NCBI GenBank assembly: GCA_041493285.1
Contig: JBGPYP010000001.1
Location: forward strand, 1-40,660
Source: Casimicrobiaceae bacterium
GTDB lineage: Bacteria; Pseudomonadota; Gammaproteobacteria; Burkholderiales; Casimicrobiaceae
Length of the DNA stretch: 40,660 nt
Reading direction: 5' to 3'
Under the pieces are notes generated by a model that was not told where the DNA came from, did not search any database, and saw nothing but the letters and a program-made list of their open reading frames with translations. Positions 17,407 to 26,067 of the stretch are shown here, piece after piece (the stretch's first letter is position 1; every line of letters starts with the position of its first letter). Both the position numbers and the translations under genes were made by a program.

Positions 17407-17493
17407 GACGCCAGAGGGGGAAGCAGGGGCCTCCGGTTCGGTCGCGCGAAGTTCTTGCGTCGCGTTGTCGGCCATTGCGCCCGGCTCGGGTCG

Positions 17494-17565
17494 CCTCCAC
17501 TCGCATCCGCTCGTGGAGCCTCGCTCCACCTCGCCGGTCGCCCCGCGCAGCGCGGGGATGCGACC
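17494..17565. repeat. Cluster of GC-rich palindromes (REP-like); possible bidirectional terminator between convergent genes
   Basis: ctccac (17495-17500)/gtggag (17513-17518)/ctccac (17524-17529) can form alternative hairpins. ggtcgccccgcg-cag-cgcggggatgcgacc (17536-17565) forms a long, nearly perfect stem. The cluster lies between the ubiA stop (17406) and the stop of the minus-strand gene at 17672. Confidence 0.45.
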
Positions 17566-17671
17566 CCGGAAGCGGAGAGGCCGGCGACACGCAAACCGAA
17601 CACGCGGCACGGTCGGTGCGGAGCTGGCCGCGGTGGCTGGCCTAGTTGGACGGAGGAAACGCTTCGACGAG

Positions 17672-18298
17672 CTAACGCCGCGCGCTGCGTCGCCGCACGG
17701 GACGGCGTAGCACCGCCGCGCCGAGTAGCGCGAGCAGCGCTGTCGTCGCGGCGAGTCCAAACGGCGAAAGCGACGGGATCGGTTCGCCCACCCCACCCGT
17801 GCCTACCGGAGCCTGAATGGCGCCGGTCGTGCAGTTGAATACGAGCGAGCTCACGAAGGTGACCTTGCCACTGAGGTTGGGACCGGAGTAGGTCGTGATC
17901 GTGATCGTGATCGGCGTATTCGGCGCGAGTCCGCCGCCGAACGCGAGAATGTGGAACGTCGGATAGGTGGCAGAGTAGGGCCCGATGTTGGTGCCGGTCT
18001 CGTCGGTGAACTCCTCGATCAGGCCGACGCCGGGCGCGGTGACCTTGACGTCGGCGGAGGCCAGCGTGTCCACCTGGATGAGCGTGTTCACATCGAAGGC
18101 GCTGCCGCCGCAGGTGCCGGCCAGGTTGCTTTGTTGTCGCGACAGCTCGATCGACTCCGCGTGCTTCGCGTTCGTCACGGGGAGGTGCTGGGGGAGGCCC
18201 GGCGATGCGGTTCCGGCGGACGCGGCAAAGCCCGTCGTCGCCCACGACAGGGCGACGATTCCCAACCAGGCCTTGAACGCGGCCGCGGCGATTCGCAA
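17672..18298 (-). CDS. Small secreted protein with a C-terminal IPTL-CTERM-type sorting signal
   Basis: The C-terminus GEPIPSLSPFGLAATTALLALLGAAVLRRPVRRRSARR matches the IPTL-CTERM pattern: IP(T/S)L motif, TM helix, Arg cluster. The N-terminal signal peptide is RIAAAAFKAWLGIVALSWATTGFAASA. The start was chosen at TTG 18298, preceded by GGAGAC. The longer ORF up to 18457 adds an unlikely Arg-rich extension. Confidence 0.6.
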   Translation of the reverse strand: MRIAAAAFKAWLGIVALSWATTGFAASAGTASPGLPQHLPVTNAKHAESIELSRQQSNLAGTCGGSAFDVNTLIQVDTLASADVKVTAPGVGLIEEFTDETGTNIGPYSATYPTFHILAFGGGLAPNTPITITITTYSGPNLSGKVTFVSSLVFNCTTGAIQAPVGTGGVGEPIPSLSPFGLAATTALLALLGAAVLRRPVRRRSARR

Positions 18299-18548
18299 GC
18301 GGTGGTCTCCTCGGGCGACGCGGGCTCCATCGAGGAGCCCACGCAGATCAGCATAGCGGCTGGCGGTTGCGACGGTCCAGCCGCGGGCGCGGATAATACC
18401 GCGTCCCGAGGGCACTGTGGCGTCGATACGACGGCAGGTGTCGCCGTCGCCCGACACATTCGGCGATTTTGGCCGGTTTTGGACCGCAGAAGCGGTGCGG
18501 CGCAGCCACGAAGCCTCTGCCGCCAGGGTTGGCTGCGGGTATTGCCCC

Positions 18549-19223
18549 TCAGCGCAAGTGCGCGCGAATCCCTTCCGTGAGCCGACCCGCCTTGGTGCCC
18601 GATCGAAACGAGCCGAGGAACTTCCCCTGGCGATCGAGCAGCAAGATATTGGCGCTGTGATTCATCATGTAATTCGGTGAACCGCTGACCGGGGCCTTGG
18701 CGAAGTACACCTTGTACTGATCAGCAACGCCGCGTATCTCCTCCGCGCTGCCGGTGAGGCCGATGAATCGCGGATGGAAGTAGGGAATGTAGCGCTTGAG
18801 GTCATCCGGCGTGTCGCGCTCGGGGTCGATGGTGATGAACACGGGTTGAATCTGGTCGCCCGTGGTGCCGAAGCCCCGCACCATCTCGGCGATGTAGAAC
18901 AGATCGATTGAGCAGACGTCGGGGCAAGAGGTATACCCAAAGTACAGCACCACCAATTTTCCGCGGAAATCGCCGAGCGAGCGCCGCACGCCCGTGTGAT
19001 CAACGAGAGCGAATGCTCGTCCGGTCGACGTTTTCGCCCAAATCGCATCGTCGGCGAGCTGCGCCCGCTTGGGTTTGTCTCCTTCACTCGCAGGCTGTTC
19101 GACTCTTGATCGCCTAGCACGCACCACCCTTTGTTCGAACCGCGCCGCGACAACCCATCCGCCGACACTCACGACGAGCGCGGCCAAGCCGATACGTGCC
19201 GCGCGCGTGTCTGAAGTTGTCAT
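18549..19223 (-). CDS. SCO1/SenC-family copper chaperone (thioredoxin fold)
   Basis: N-terminal TM anchor, the YFGYTSCPDVCSIDL CxxxC copper-binding motif and the downstream conserved His (NYMMNHSANILLLD). Confidence 0.9.
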   Translation of the reverse strand: MTTSDTRAARIGLAALVVSVGGWVVAARFEQRVVRARRSRVEQPASEGDKPKRAQLADDAIWAKTSTGRAFALVDHTGVRRSLGDFRGKLVVLYFGYTSCPDVCSIDLFYIAEMVRGFGTTGDQIQPVFITIDPERDTPDDLKRYIPYFHPRFIGLTGSAEEIRGVADQYKVYFAKAPVSGSPNYMMNHSANILLLDRQGKFLGSFRSGTKAGRLTEGIRAHLR

Positions 19224-19502
19224 TTTTCAGGCGTCCGTCAAGGACTCGGTGCCGTTGGTCGATTGGGCGACGTGGTTGGGCTTCTGCTTGCGCGCGGATC
19301 TTGTGGTGATCACCGTCCCCCTCCATTCGGACGAGATTTGGACCCGGATACGACCGGCTCGTTACGTCTGATGGTAGGAAGAGGCCGCTTAGCCGGGTTC
19401 ATGACCTCACGCGCACGTCGCGACCGCGCATCGAAACCGAAACGCTCGGCGCGAATCGCCGCCCTCAGGGATTCTGCGGAGATTGTGTTCAAGGAGAGAC
19501 TC

Positions 19503-20603
19503 TCACAGCGCGATACTCGCTTGCACGCAGAATGCGACGCTGTTCGGGCCGTAACCCTCGGAAACATAGCCGCGTTGGACCATCAGGTTGCGAAGGGCAA
19601 TATTCGTGGTGTAACGGTGGTTGGTATCGGCGCGCTGATTCCACAGACGAAACACGGGAAGTTGGAAGTTAAGACCGTCCAACGTGGGATCCGCCGGGCA
19701 TTGGCCCGTTGACTGGTCGGGGAGCGAGACGTAGAAGGCCGCATCGGTTTCCAGCACAAACTCCGGGAATCGATCGCGCACCTGCGCGCACTCGTCGGCA
19801 GAGGCTGAGAGGAAGTGCGAGTCACCCTCCGCCGGAGGGATATAGAAGCGGCACACAGCTGCGTTAAGGCCATACCACCCGGACGGCCCAGCCGTAACCG
19901 CGAAGCTCATCTCGGTTCGCTGCCATCCTGGGAATTGTCCCGAGTCGAGCGCGTCGATGTCCGGTGCGGAAGCCGAGTAGAAGTAGTGATCGCGGTCAGG
20001 GTTGTAATACTCGATTGCGTTGACTGCCTCCGGAAACATCGCATATGTGCCCGCCACGCAGACGGGTAGCTGCTGGCAGTTTGGTGGTGACGCCCGCAGA
20101 GCCGTTGCGCGAACGGTTCCATCGCGATACAGCCCGTTCCGGCCATCGGTTGGCAGACTGGCATAGGTCACCTGGTCGGCGCCGGCAAAATTAATTGATC
20201 CGCCGTCGGTGGCGAGGAACCGGGCTGGCATGTCGGCAAAATCGGGCAGGTAGCAGCACCAGTAGCTAAACCCCCCGCCTTGCACCGGCAGTTTTCCGTA
20301 CGCCAGCGTTGCGGCGACCACAATCGACATATGCGCCGTCTGATATGTCGGAAGATCGTGCGAAAACGTGTATTGCTTGCCGATTCCATTGTGAGTGCTT
20401 GTCAGGGTCAACCCGGCGAAATGCTGCTGGCCGTTCAACCCGGCGGTCTCGGTGAGCTGGACGAATTGCATGCTGCCATCGAGATTCGAGAACAGCTGCG
20501 TAATCTGAAACGTGGGCGGCGCAGCGCTGGCCGTGACACAGGCAACAGCGATCATGATCAACGCAATGGAATTCGTGCGAATATGTCGAAGGTCCATGAT
20601 CAT
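19503..20603 (-). CDS. Secreted protein: LTD-like (lamin-tail-like, tentative) N-domain plus a Cys-containing C-terminal HYF/NHRYTT repeat domain; paralog of the C-terminal two thirds of the upstream gene
   Basis: Signal peptide IALIMIAVACVTASAAPP. N-domain ITQLFSNLDGSMQFVQLTE...FAGLTLT. C-domain EYYNPDRDHYFYSASAPDIDALDSGQFPGWQRT ... CRFYIPP..GDSHFLSASADECA ... FRLWNQRADTNHRYTT...GYVSEGYGPNSVAFCV. Markedly lower GC than the window average by eye. Confidence 0.6.
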   Translation of the reverse strand: MIMDLRHIRTNSIALIMIAVACVTASAAPPTFQITQLFSNLDGSMQFVQLTETAGLNGQQHFAGLTLTSTHNGIGKQYTFSHDLPTYQTAHMSIVVAATLAYGKLPVQGGGFSYWCCYLPDFADMPARFLATDGGSINFAGADQVTYASLPTDGRNGLYRDGTVRATALRASPPNCQQLPVCVAGTYAMFPEAVNAIEYYNPDRDHYFYSASAPDIDALDSGQFPGWQRTEMSFAVTAGPSGWYGLNAAVCRFYIPPAEGDSHFLSASADECAQVRDRFPEFVLETDAAFYVSLPDQSTGQCPADPTLDGLNFQLPVFRLWNQRADTNHRYTTNIALRNLMVQRGYVSEGYGPNSVAFCVQASIAL

Positions 20604-20618
20604 CTCGTTGTGCCTGGT

Positions 20619-22763
20619 TCAGATATTTCCTGCAACGCACATCGCAACCGCGTCCGGTCCGTAGCCTTCCGCAATATAGCCGCGCGCTTTCATCTGGTTG
20701 CGCACGTCCAGTGATGTTGTATAGCGGTGGTTCGAGTCGGCACGGCCATTCCACACTCGATAGACAGGCGTTTGCCCCGCGGGGCACGCGCCGGTATTCA
20801 TGTCCGGCAACGTTGCCAGAAACGCCGATGCCGTTTCGAAGACGAACTCCGGATATCGCGCCTGTGCTGCCGCACATTCGGCCGCCGAAGCGGAGAAAAA
20901 GTGAGAGTCGCCATCGACGGGCGGAATGTAGAGGCGGCACACGTCGAGAAGATTGGGTGGCGCGCTGAAGCCGCCGAGTGGGTCGAAGGCGCGCGTGATC
21001 CATGCCGAAAAGCCATATCCCGTGCGCTTCCAGCCAGGAATGCGGCCCGAGTCCAAGGCATCGAGGTCGGGTTGCGATGCGCTGATGAAGTAGTGATCCA
21101 GCGCGGCGCTGTAGTACTCGATGACGGGATCGATAGGCACGGTCAGCCCGGCGGAGAACTTGGAACACTCCATGAGACCGCTCGCAGACACATTGCCGTT
21201 GCGGCTCAAAGAGGAGCTGCCACTCGCGGCAAGCGGTCCGAAGGTCCACGAATCGACGCCGGCGAAATCGATCGTGCCGCCATCGGTGGGCACGAAACCG
21301 TTGGGAATGACGAAGTCGAGGTCGGAGGGCGTAGGCCACACGTTCGCCGTTGCGATGCACAAAGGCTGAGTACCGGTTCCCGGATCGTTGGGAAATTTGA
21401 ACTGCTTGACGACTCCGCTACGCAAGGTGATCGTCAATGTGAAGCCGGCAAACTGGTTCGGGCCGGATCCAGACAAATTCCGGAGCTGGATGTACTGATA
21501 GAGGCCGGCCTGGTCGGAGAACAGAGCGGTCATGCGATACGAATTGTTTGCCGCCACGATCTCAGGCTGATAAAGCTCCGCGCTGTCGAGAAAGATTGTT
21601 GGGTTCCCGATAGCGCCTCCGGCGACGAGGACCCGGCCATCGGGCAGCAACGTCCCGGTGTGGGCGTAGCGTGCCGCGTTGAGGCTGCTGGTGCTGGCCC
21701 AACTCGCGGTATCCTGGGCATACCGCTCCGCGCTGTTGAGATTCGAACGGGAATTCCAGTCGTAGCCTCCCGCGACCAGGACTATTCCGTTCGGGAGGAG
21801 CGTGGCCGTGTGCGAGTGACGTGCAGTGTTGAGGCTGCCGGTCAGGTTCCACGCTCCGGTGGCAGGGTCATAGAGTTCCGACCTGTCCAGAGAAGTTGGA
21901 TTCGAAATGCCTGAGGAGAAGCGCGGTTCATACCCTCCGGCGACCAGGACCTTCCCGCTCGGCAGCAATGTCGCGGTGTGAAAGATAACAGAGGTGCTGA
22001 GCCTGCCGGTGCTGCTCCATGTGCCGGAGACCGGGTCATACAGCTCCGCGGTAGCTAGGGCGAAGTCGAGATCACCATCGTTCGATCCTCCGACCACCAG
22101 GACCTTCCCACTTGGAAGCAGCGTCGCCGTATGCCCGTACCGGGCGTCGATGAGGGCCCCGGTCGGACTCCACGTGCCGGATGCCGGATCGTACAACTCG
22201 GCGCTGTCGATCGTGTCCGAGCCTAAAATGTCCGAGTTGAACCCGCCCGCGACCAGGACCTTGCCGTTTTGAAGCAGCGTCGCCGCGTGGCCTGAACGTA
22301 TCGTCGTCAGCTTGCCCGTGAGGCTCCATATCCCTGTGCCCGGGTCGTAAAGTTCTGCGGTGTCGGTTTCGCCATTGACGCTCGCGTCGTTGATACCCCC
22401 TCCCGCCACCAGGACCTTGCCGTTGGGCAGCAGCGTTGCCGTGAATGTGACTCGAGCGATGTTCAGATGGCCCGTGACGCTCCACGCACCGGTGGCGGGG
22501 TCGTACAACTCCGCGCTGTCGAGCACGTACGGCCTCACGGTCCCGCTGCCCCCGACGACGAGCACCTTGCCGTTGGCCAGCAACGTCGCCGTGTGACCGA
22601 AACGGGCCGTGTTGAGATTGCCGGTCAGGACCCAGGACGCCGACGCCGCCTGCGCAAGCACGCCCTGGCCGGGCGAGGGCTGAGCAAGGCAATAACCTGA
22701 CACGGCGGCGCCGATCAGCAAGACAACGGATACCCGAGCCAGCCGCGCTGCAGGTCGACACAT
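20619..22763 (-). CDS. Secreted seven-bladed Kelch beta-propeller protein fused to the LTD-like and HYF/NHRYTT C-terminal domains
   Basis: Start at ATG 22763 (MCRPAARLARVSVVLLIGAAVSGYCLAQ) preceded by GGGAGAG. Seven repeats follow the pattern AR.GHTATLLPNGKVLV.GG....SAELYDP..G.W (about 21570-22640). Then FSDQAGLYQYIQLRN..FAGFTLT, and EYYSAALDHYFISASQPDLDALDSGRIPGWKRT ... NHRYTT...GYIAEGYGPDAVAMCV. Confidence 0.8.
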   Translation of the reverse strand: MCRPAARLARVSVVLLIGAAVSGYCLAQPSPGQGVLAQAASASWVLTGNLNTARFGHTATLLANGKVLVVGGSGTVRPYVLDSAELYDPATGAWSVTGHLNIARVTFTATLLPNGKVLVAGGGINDASVNGETDTAELYDPGTGIWSLTGKLTTIRSGHAATLLQNGKVLVAGGFNSDILGSDTIDSAELYDPASGTWSPTGALIDARYGHTATLLPSGKVLVVGGSNDGDLDFALATAELYDPVSGTWSSTGRLSTSVIFHTATLLPSGKVLVAGGYEPRFSSGISNPTSLDRSELYDPATGAWNLTGSLNTARHSHTATLLPNGIVLVAGGYDWNSRSNLNSAERYAQDTASWASTSSLNAARYAHTGTLLPDGRVLVAGGAIGNPTIFLDSAELYQPEIVAANNSYRMTALFSDQAGLYQYIQLRNLSGSGPNQFAGFTLTITLRSGVVKQFKFPNDPGTGTQPLCIATANVWPTPSDLDFVIPNGFVPTDGGTIDFAGVDSWTFGPLAASGSSSLSRNGNVSASGLMECSKFSAGLTVPIDPVIEYYSAALDHYFISASQPDLDALDSGRIPGWKRTGYGFSAWITRAFDPLGGFSAPPNLLDVCRLYIPPVDGDSHFFSASAAECAAAQARYPEFVFETASAFLATLPDMNTGACPAGQTPVYRVWNGRADSNHRYTTSLDVRNQMKARGYIAEGYGPDAVAMCVAGNI

Positions 22764-22927
22764 GATTGTCTCTCCCTTCATGTCGATCCCATTTATAGGC
22801 CGCACGCGATCGAGGAACAATCTGCAGGACTGCCTATATACGAGTCCGTGTCCGCATTATCGAGTCACCGGGAGAGAGCCGTTATTACTTTCTGCATAGC
22901 TATGAAGTAGGAGCGACGCCGCAGCTA

Positions 22928-22957
22928 TTGACAAGCTGTCAGATGCCGGACTCCAAT
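22928..22957 (+). promoter_or_regulatory. Candidate sigma70-type promoter for the TonB-dependent receptor operon
   Basis: A perfect TTGACA lies at 22928-22933, embedded in the palindrome cagctATTGACAagctg. The -10 candidate tccaat (22952-22957) follows at 18-nt spacing and matches 4/6. It sits in the AT-richer divergent intergenic region, about 80 nt upstream of ATG 23037. Confidence 0.25.
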
Positions 22958-23036
22958 CGGCCACGAGGTCACGGTCGGAAACGCGGGCATTTGGCGCAGG
23001 CCGCGCCGCCGCCAGCGACCTCGGCTGGGGAGGAAC

Positions 23037-24986
23037 ATGTTGCGAGCCAGGATCGCTCCGATCGGCTGCGCGCTGCTTTGCGTGTCTTGGTGCTGCGGAT
23101 CGACACGGGCCGAAGAGCTTTCGGAGCGGGAATTCCTGACGGAGTTTCCGACGGTATTGTCGGCATCGCGGCTGCGCCAGGATGTGACCGAGACGCCCCA
23201 GGCGGTCACGGTCATCGATCAGGAAATGATCAAGGCCTCCGGCGCGCGCGAATTCGCCGAGCTGTTCCGCCTGGTGCCCGGCTTCAACGTCAGCTACGTC
23301 ACGTATGTCAAAGGCCTCCAGCCCATCGTCAACTATCACGGCCTCGGGCGTGAATTCTTCTCGCGCCTGCAGGTGCTGATCGACGGTCGATCGATCAACA
23401 ACGCAACGCTCGGCGGTGTCGACTGGAACGACTTGCCGCTTGCGCTGGACGATGTCGATCGCATCGAAGTCATCCGTGGTCCGAGCAACGCGACGCACGG
23501 CATCGGCGCGTTCATGGCGACGATCAACTTCATCACCAAGCACGCCTCGCAGGAGCGCGGCGTTAGCGGCAGCATCAGCGCCGGCAACAATGGCATCCGC
23601 GACGGCGAGGTCCGCTTGGGTAATGCCGCGGGAAGCGTCGACTACCGCTTCACCGTCGGCCATCGGGCGGACGACGGCTTTCCGAACATCCCGGATCGCC
23701 GCAGCCGCGACTACGCCAACGCTCGGGCCGATTGGCAGATCGGTCGTGCGGACACGCTGATGTTGCAAGCCGGCGGGACCACGGGCACCAACGGCGTCGG
23801 GTTCAGAGGGCCTGATGATCCGACGCGGAAGGCCCGGATCGACACCTATTACGCGCAACTGAACTGGGAGCGCAGCCTCGACGCAGACAACGGATTCTCG
23901 ATCCAGGCGTACTACTATCACTTCAATTTGAACGATCGGTTTCTCACCGATCCGCTGCCGGAGTTCAACAACGAGCGCTTCTTGCTTGACGATGGGAGCA
24001 CCGTTCGGCGCGCCGACCTCGAATTTCAGCAGACTTTGAGCACTGGCCAGAACTTGCGCTGGGTTTGGGGCGCCAGCGCGCGCGAGGATCTCGCCGAGGC
24101 TCCGCTGCTTCTACCCGACACCGGACGGCTCCGCGTGCAGCGCCTGTTCGGTCACGTCGAATGGCGCGTCACGGACAAGCTACTCGTCAACGCCGGAGCG
24201 ATGATCGAGCACAACAATCTGACCGGAAGGGACACTGCGCCGCAAGTGGCGGTCAATTACCGTTTCGCACCCAATCACGTTCTCCGGATCGGCGTCTCGA
24301 AGGCGTTGCGCACGCCGACGCTGATCGAAGAAAAGGTCCAAAGCATCGTGATCATCGGCCCCCCCGGCGGCAAGGCGACTGCGACGTCCGGCAGCCTGCG
24401 CCCGGAATCGATACTTTCCCGTGAACTGAGTTATGTCGGCGAGTGGCCGGAGCAGCACGCGACGGTCGATCTGAAGTTGTTCTACGACACCGTCCACGAC
24501 CTGATCGATCTGGTCGGCGAACAGAATAGTTTCCCGGCGACGGCATTTCCGCGCAACGCCGTGAACGGTGACGATGCCCGACAGCATGGCATCGAAGCGC
24601 AGCTCACCTGGCATCCGTCGCAGGAGACTTCGCTTTGGGCGACGGCCGCGCACGTGGAGACCCGAAGCGCGGATCGTTTCGACACCTATTCGACGTCCGC
24701 CCCGCGCAACACCGTGCACGCGCTTGTTTCGCACCGATTTGGCGGCTCCTGGGACGCAAGTGTCGCTGTGCATGGGCAAAGCGCGTTCAAGGCCAGCGGC
24801 TTCAGCGAACCGCAGCGTGGCTTCTGCCGCGTCGATTTGCGCCTTGCCAAGCAGTTGCCGTTCGGCAAGGGCAACGGAGAGATCGCCCTCGCCGTGGAAA
24901 ACTTGTTCAACAATCATTACACCGAATACCGCCACGACGACGTCGCCCAACGGCGGGCGTGGCTGACTTTCAGCCTCAAGCTATGA
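23037..24986 (+). CDS. TonB-dependent outer-membrane receptor (short, ~650 aa, no FecA-type signalling extension)
   Basis: Signal peptide, plug-domain motifs (TPQAVTVIDQEMIKASGAREFAELFRLVPGF, VLIDGRSIN, IDRIEVIRGPSNATHG) and a beta-barrel with the C-terminal strand AWLTFSLKL. GGGGAGG RBS before ATG 23037. Confidence 0.9.
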   Translation: MLRARIAPIGCALLCVSWCCGSTRAEELSEREFLTEFPTVLSASRLRQDVTETPQAVTVIDQEMIKASGAREFAELFRLVPGFNVSYVTYVKGLQPIVNYHGLGREFFSRLQVLIDGRSINNATLGGVDWNDLPLALDDVDRIEVIRGPSNATHGIGAFMATINFITKHASQERGVSGSISAGNNGIRDGEVRLGNAAGSVDYRFTVGHRADDGFPNIPDRRSRDYANARADWQIGRADTLMLQAGGTTGTNGVGFRGPDDPTRKARIDTYYAQLNWERSLDADNGFSIQAYYYHFNLNDRFLTDPLPEFNNERFLLDDGSTVRRADLEFQQTLSTGQNLRWVWGASAREDLAEAPLLLPDTGRLRVQRLFGHVEWRVTDKLLVNAGAMIEHNNLTGRDTAPQVAVNYRFAPNHVLRIGVSKALRTPTLIEEKVQSIVIIGPPGGKATATSGSLRPESILSRELSYVGEWPEQHATVDLKLFYDTVHDLIDLVGEQNSFPATAFPRNAVNGDDARQHGIEAQLTWHPSQETSLWATAAHVETRSADRFDTYSTSAPRNTVHALVSHRFGGSWDASVAVHGQSAFKASGFSEPQRGFCRVDLRLAKQLPFGKGNGEIALAVENLFNNHYTEYRHDDVAQRRAWLTFSLKL

Positions 24987-25026
24987 TCGTCGCAGGGTCG
25001 CGCGCCATCGAGCTCGAGCCGGGCGA

Positions 25027-26067
25027 TTGCCCGCTGTGATCTCTCGTTTCGCCCACCGCTGGCTGCGTGGCTTGTCCGTTTGTTGGTCGGCCATTCTGCT
25101 CTGGGCGGTCGCGATGAGCAGCGCGGCGCAGTTGGTCGTCGTGTTGAGCGACGAATCGGCGAGCTACCAGGAGGTGGTCGGGGAACTACGTGCGCGAGTC
25201 GCGCCAGTGCGGGAAGGACGCATCCGCATCAATGCTGTAACAGCACAGCACGTCGCCAGCGGCGACGCGACGGTATTCGCGGGCACGGAGTTGGTCGTGA
25301 CGGTTGGCCTGTCGGCGGCACAGGCCACGGTTGCACACGAGGCGATGCTGGCGGCGCCTCCGCTGACGCTGTGTCTCCTGATCCCGCGACAGAGCTATGA
25401 GCGGCTGAGACCGTCCCCGACAAGTGGGCGCGAGCGTCGGCTGTCCGCAGTGTTCATCGACCAGCCGTTGTCGCGTCAGCTGGACTTGATCCGGATCGCA
25501 CTTCCCGACAAGGTTCGCGTGGGCGTCATCCTCGGCCCAAGTTCGGAGCTGCTCAAGGACGAGTTCCGCGAGAAGGCCCGCGAGCGCGCTCTCGTGCCCA
25601 AGTTCGCCGAGGTCGTCGAGGCGTCCGGCGTCTATGGCGCGCTGCAGAAAGTGCTGCCCGAGAGCGACTTGCTGCTCGCGCTTCCCGATCCGGTGGCGGT
25701 CAATGCAGCGACGGCGTATGGATTGCTGCTGACGAGCTATCGTGCGCAAGTCCCGGTTATCGGCTTTTCCGAAGGAATGGCCAAGGCGGGGGCGCTGCTG
25801 GCGTTATTCTCGACCCCAAGTCAACAGGGGAAACAGGGCGCGGAGATTGTCAGCCGTATGTTGGCCGGCGCGCTCGATCTGCCTGCGCCGCAGTATCCAA
25901 AGTACTTCACCGTGCGCGTGAATTTCAGCGTGGCGCGCTCGCTGGGACTGCGCATCGAGGAGGAGGCGACACTCGCAGCCGCTCTGGCGGCCCGTGGCGA
26001 CGGCGTCGGCGAATCGATCCCGCGACGCTCGGCAAGCGACATTCCGACGTTCGGGAGGACACCGTGA
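25027..26067 (+). CDS. Periplasmic substrate-binding protein of the ABC_sub_bind type (PF04392-like), with no cognate permease or ATPase in the window
   Basis: Signal peptide ending AMSSAAQ. LSAVFIDQPLSRQLDLIRIALP, VGVILGP, VPVIGFSEGMAKAGALLAL and FTVRVNFSVARSLGLRI resemble this family. Start is TTG 25027 or GTG 25036. The stop overlaps the kinase start (GTGA at 26064-26067). Confidence 0.7.
   Translation: MPAVISRFAHRWLRGLSVCWSAILLWAVAMSSAAQLVVVLSDESASYQEVVGELRARVAPVREGRIRINAVTAQHVASGDATVFAGTELVVTVGLSAAQATVAHEAMLAAPPLTLCLLIPRQSYERLRPSPTSGRERRLSAVFIDQPLSRQLDLIRIALPDKVRVGVILGPSSELLKDEFREKARERALVPKFAEVVEASGVYGALQKVLPESDLLLALPDPVAVNAATAYGLLLTSYRAQVPVIGFSEGMAKAGALLALFSTPSQQGKQGAEIVSRMLAGALDLPAPQYPKYFTVRVNFSVARSLGLRIEEEATLAAALAARGDGVGESIPRRSASDIPTFGRTP

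Noticed and set aside
17425-17450. tRNA-like ggttcg motif in the ubiA downstream spacer (a similar motif occurs near 37165)
   Set aside because: No acceptor-stem complementarity, no anticodon arm and no GTTCGAATC T-loop context. It does not fold into a cloverleaf by inspection.
21570-22640. Periodic DNA repeats of about 150 nt that generate many small ORFs in other frames
   Set aside because: The periodicity is explained by the seven Kelch blades of the 20619-22763 coding sequence. It is not a non-coding repeat array or a mobile element.
22830-23036. Cobalamin or other riboswitch upstream of the TonB-dependent receptor
   Set aside because: I could not find a B12-box-like gccactg core or other riboswitch consensus. 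The region looks like an ordinary AT-richer divergent promoter.
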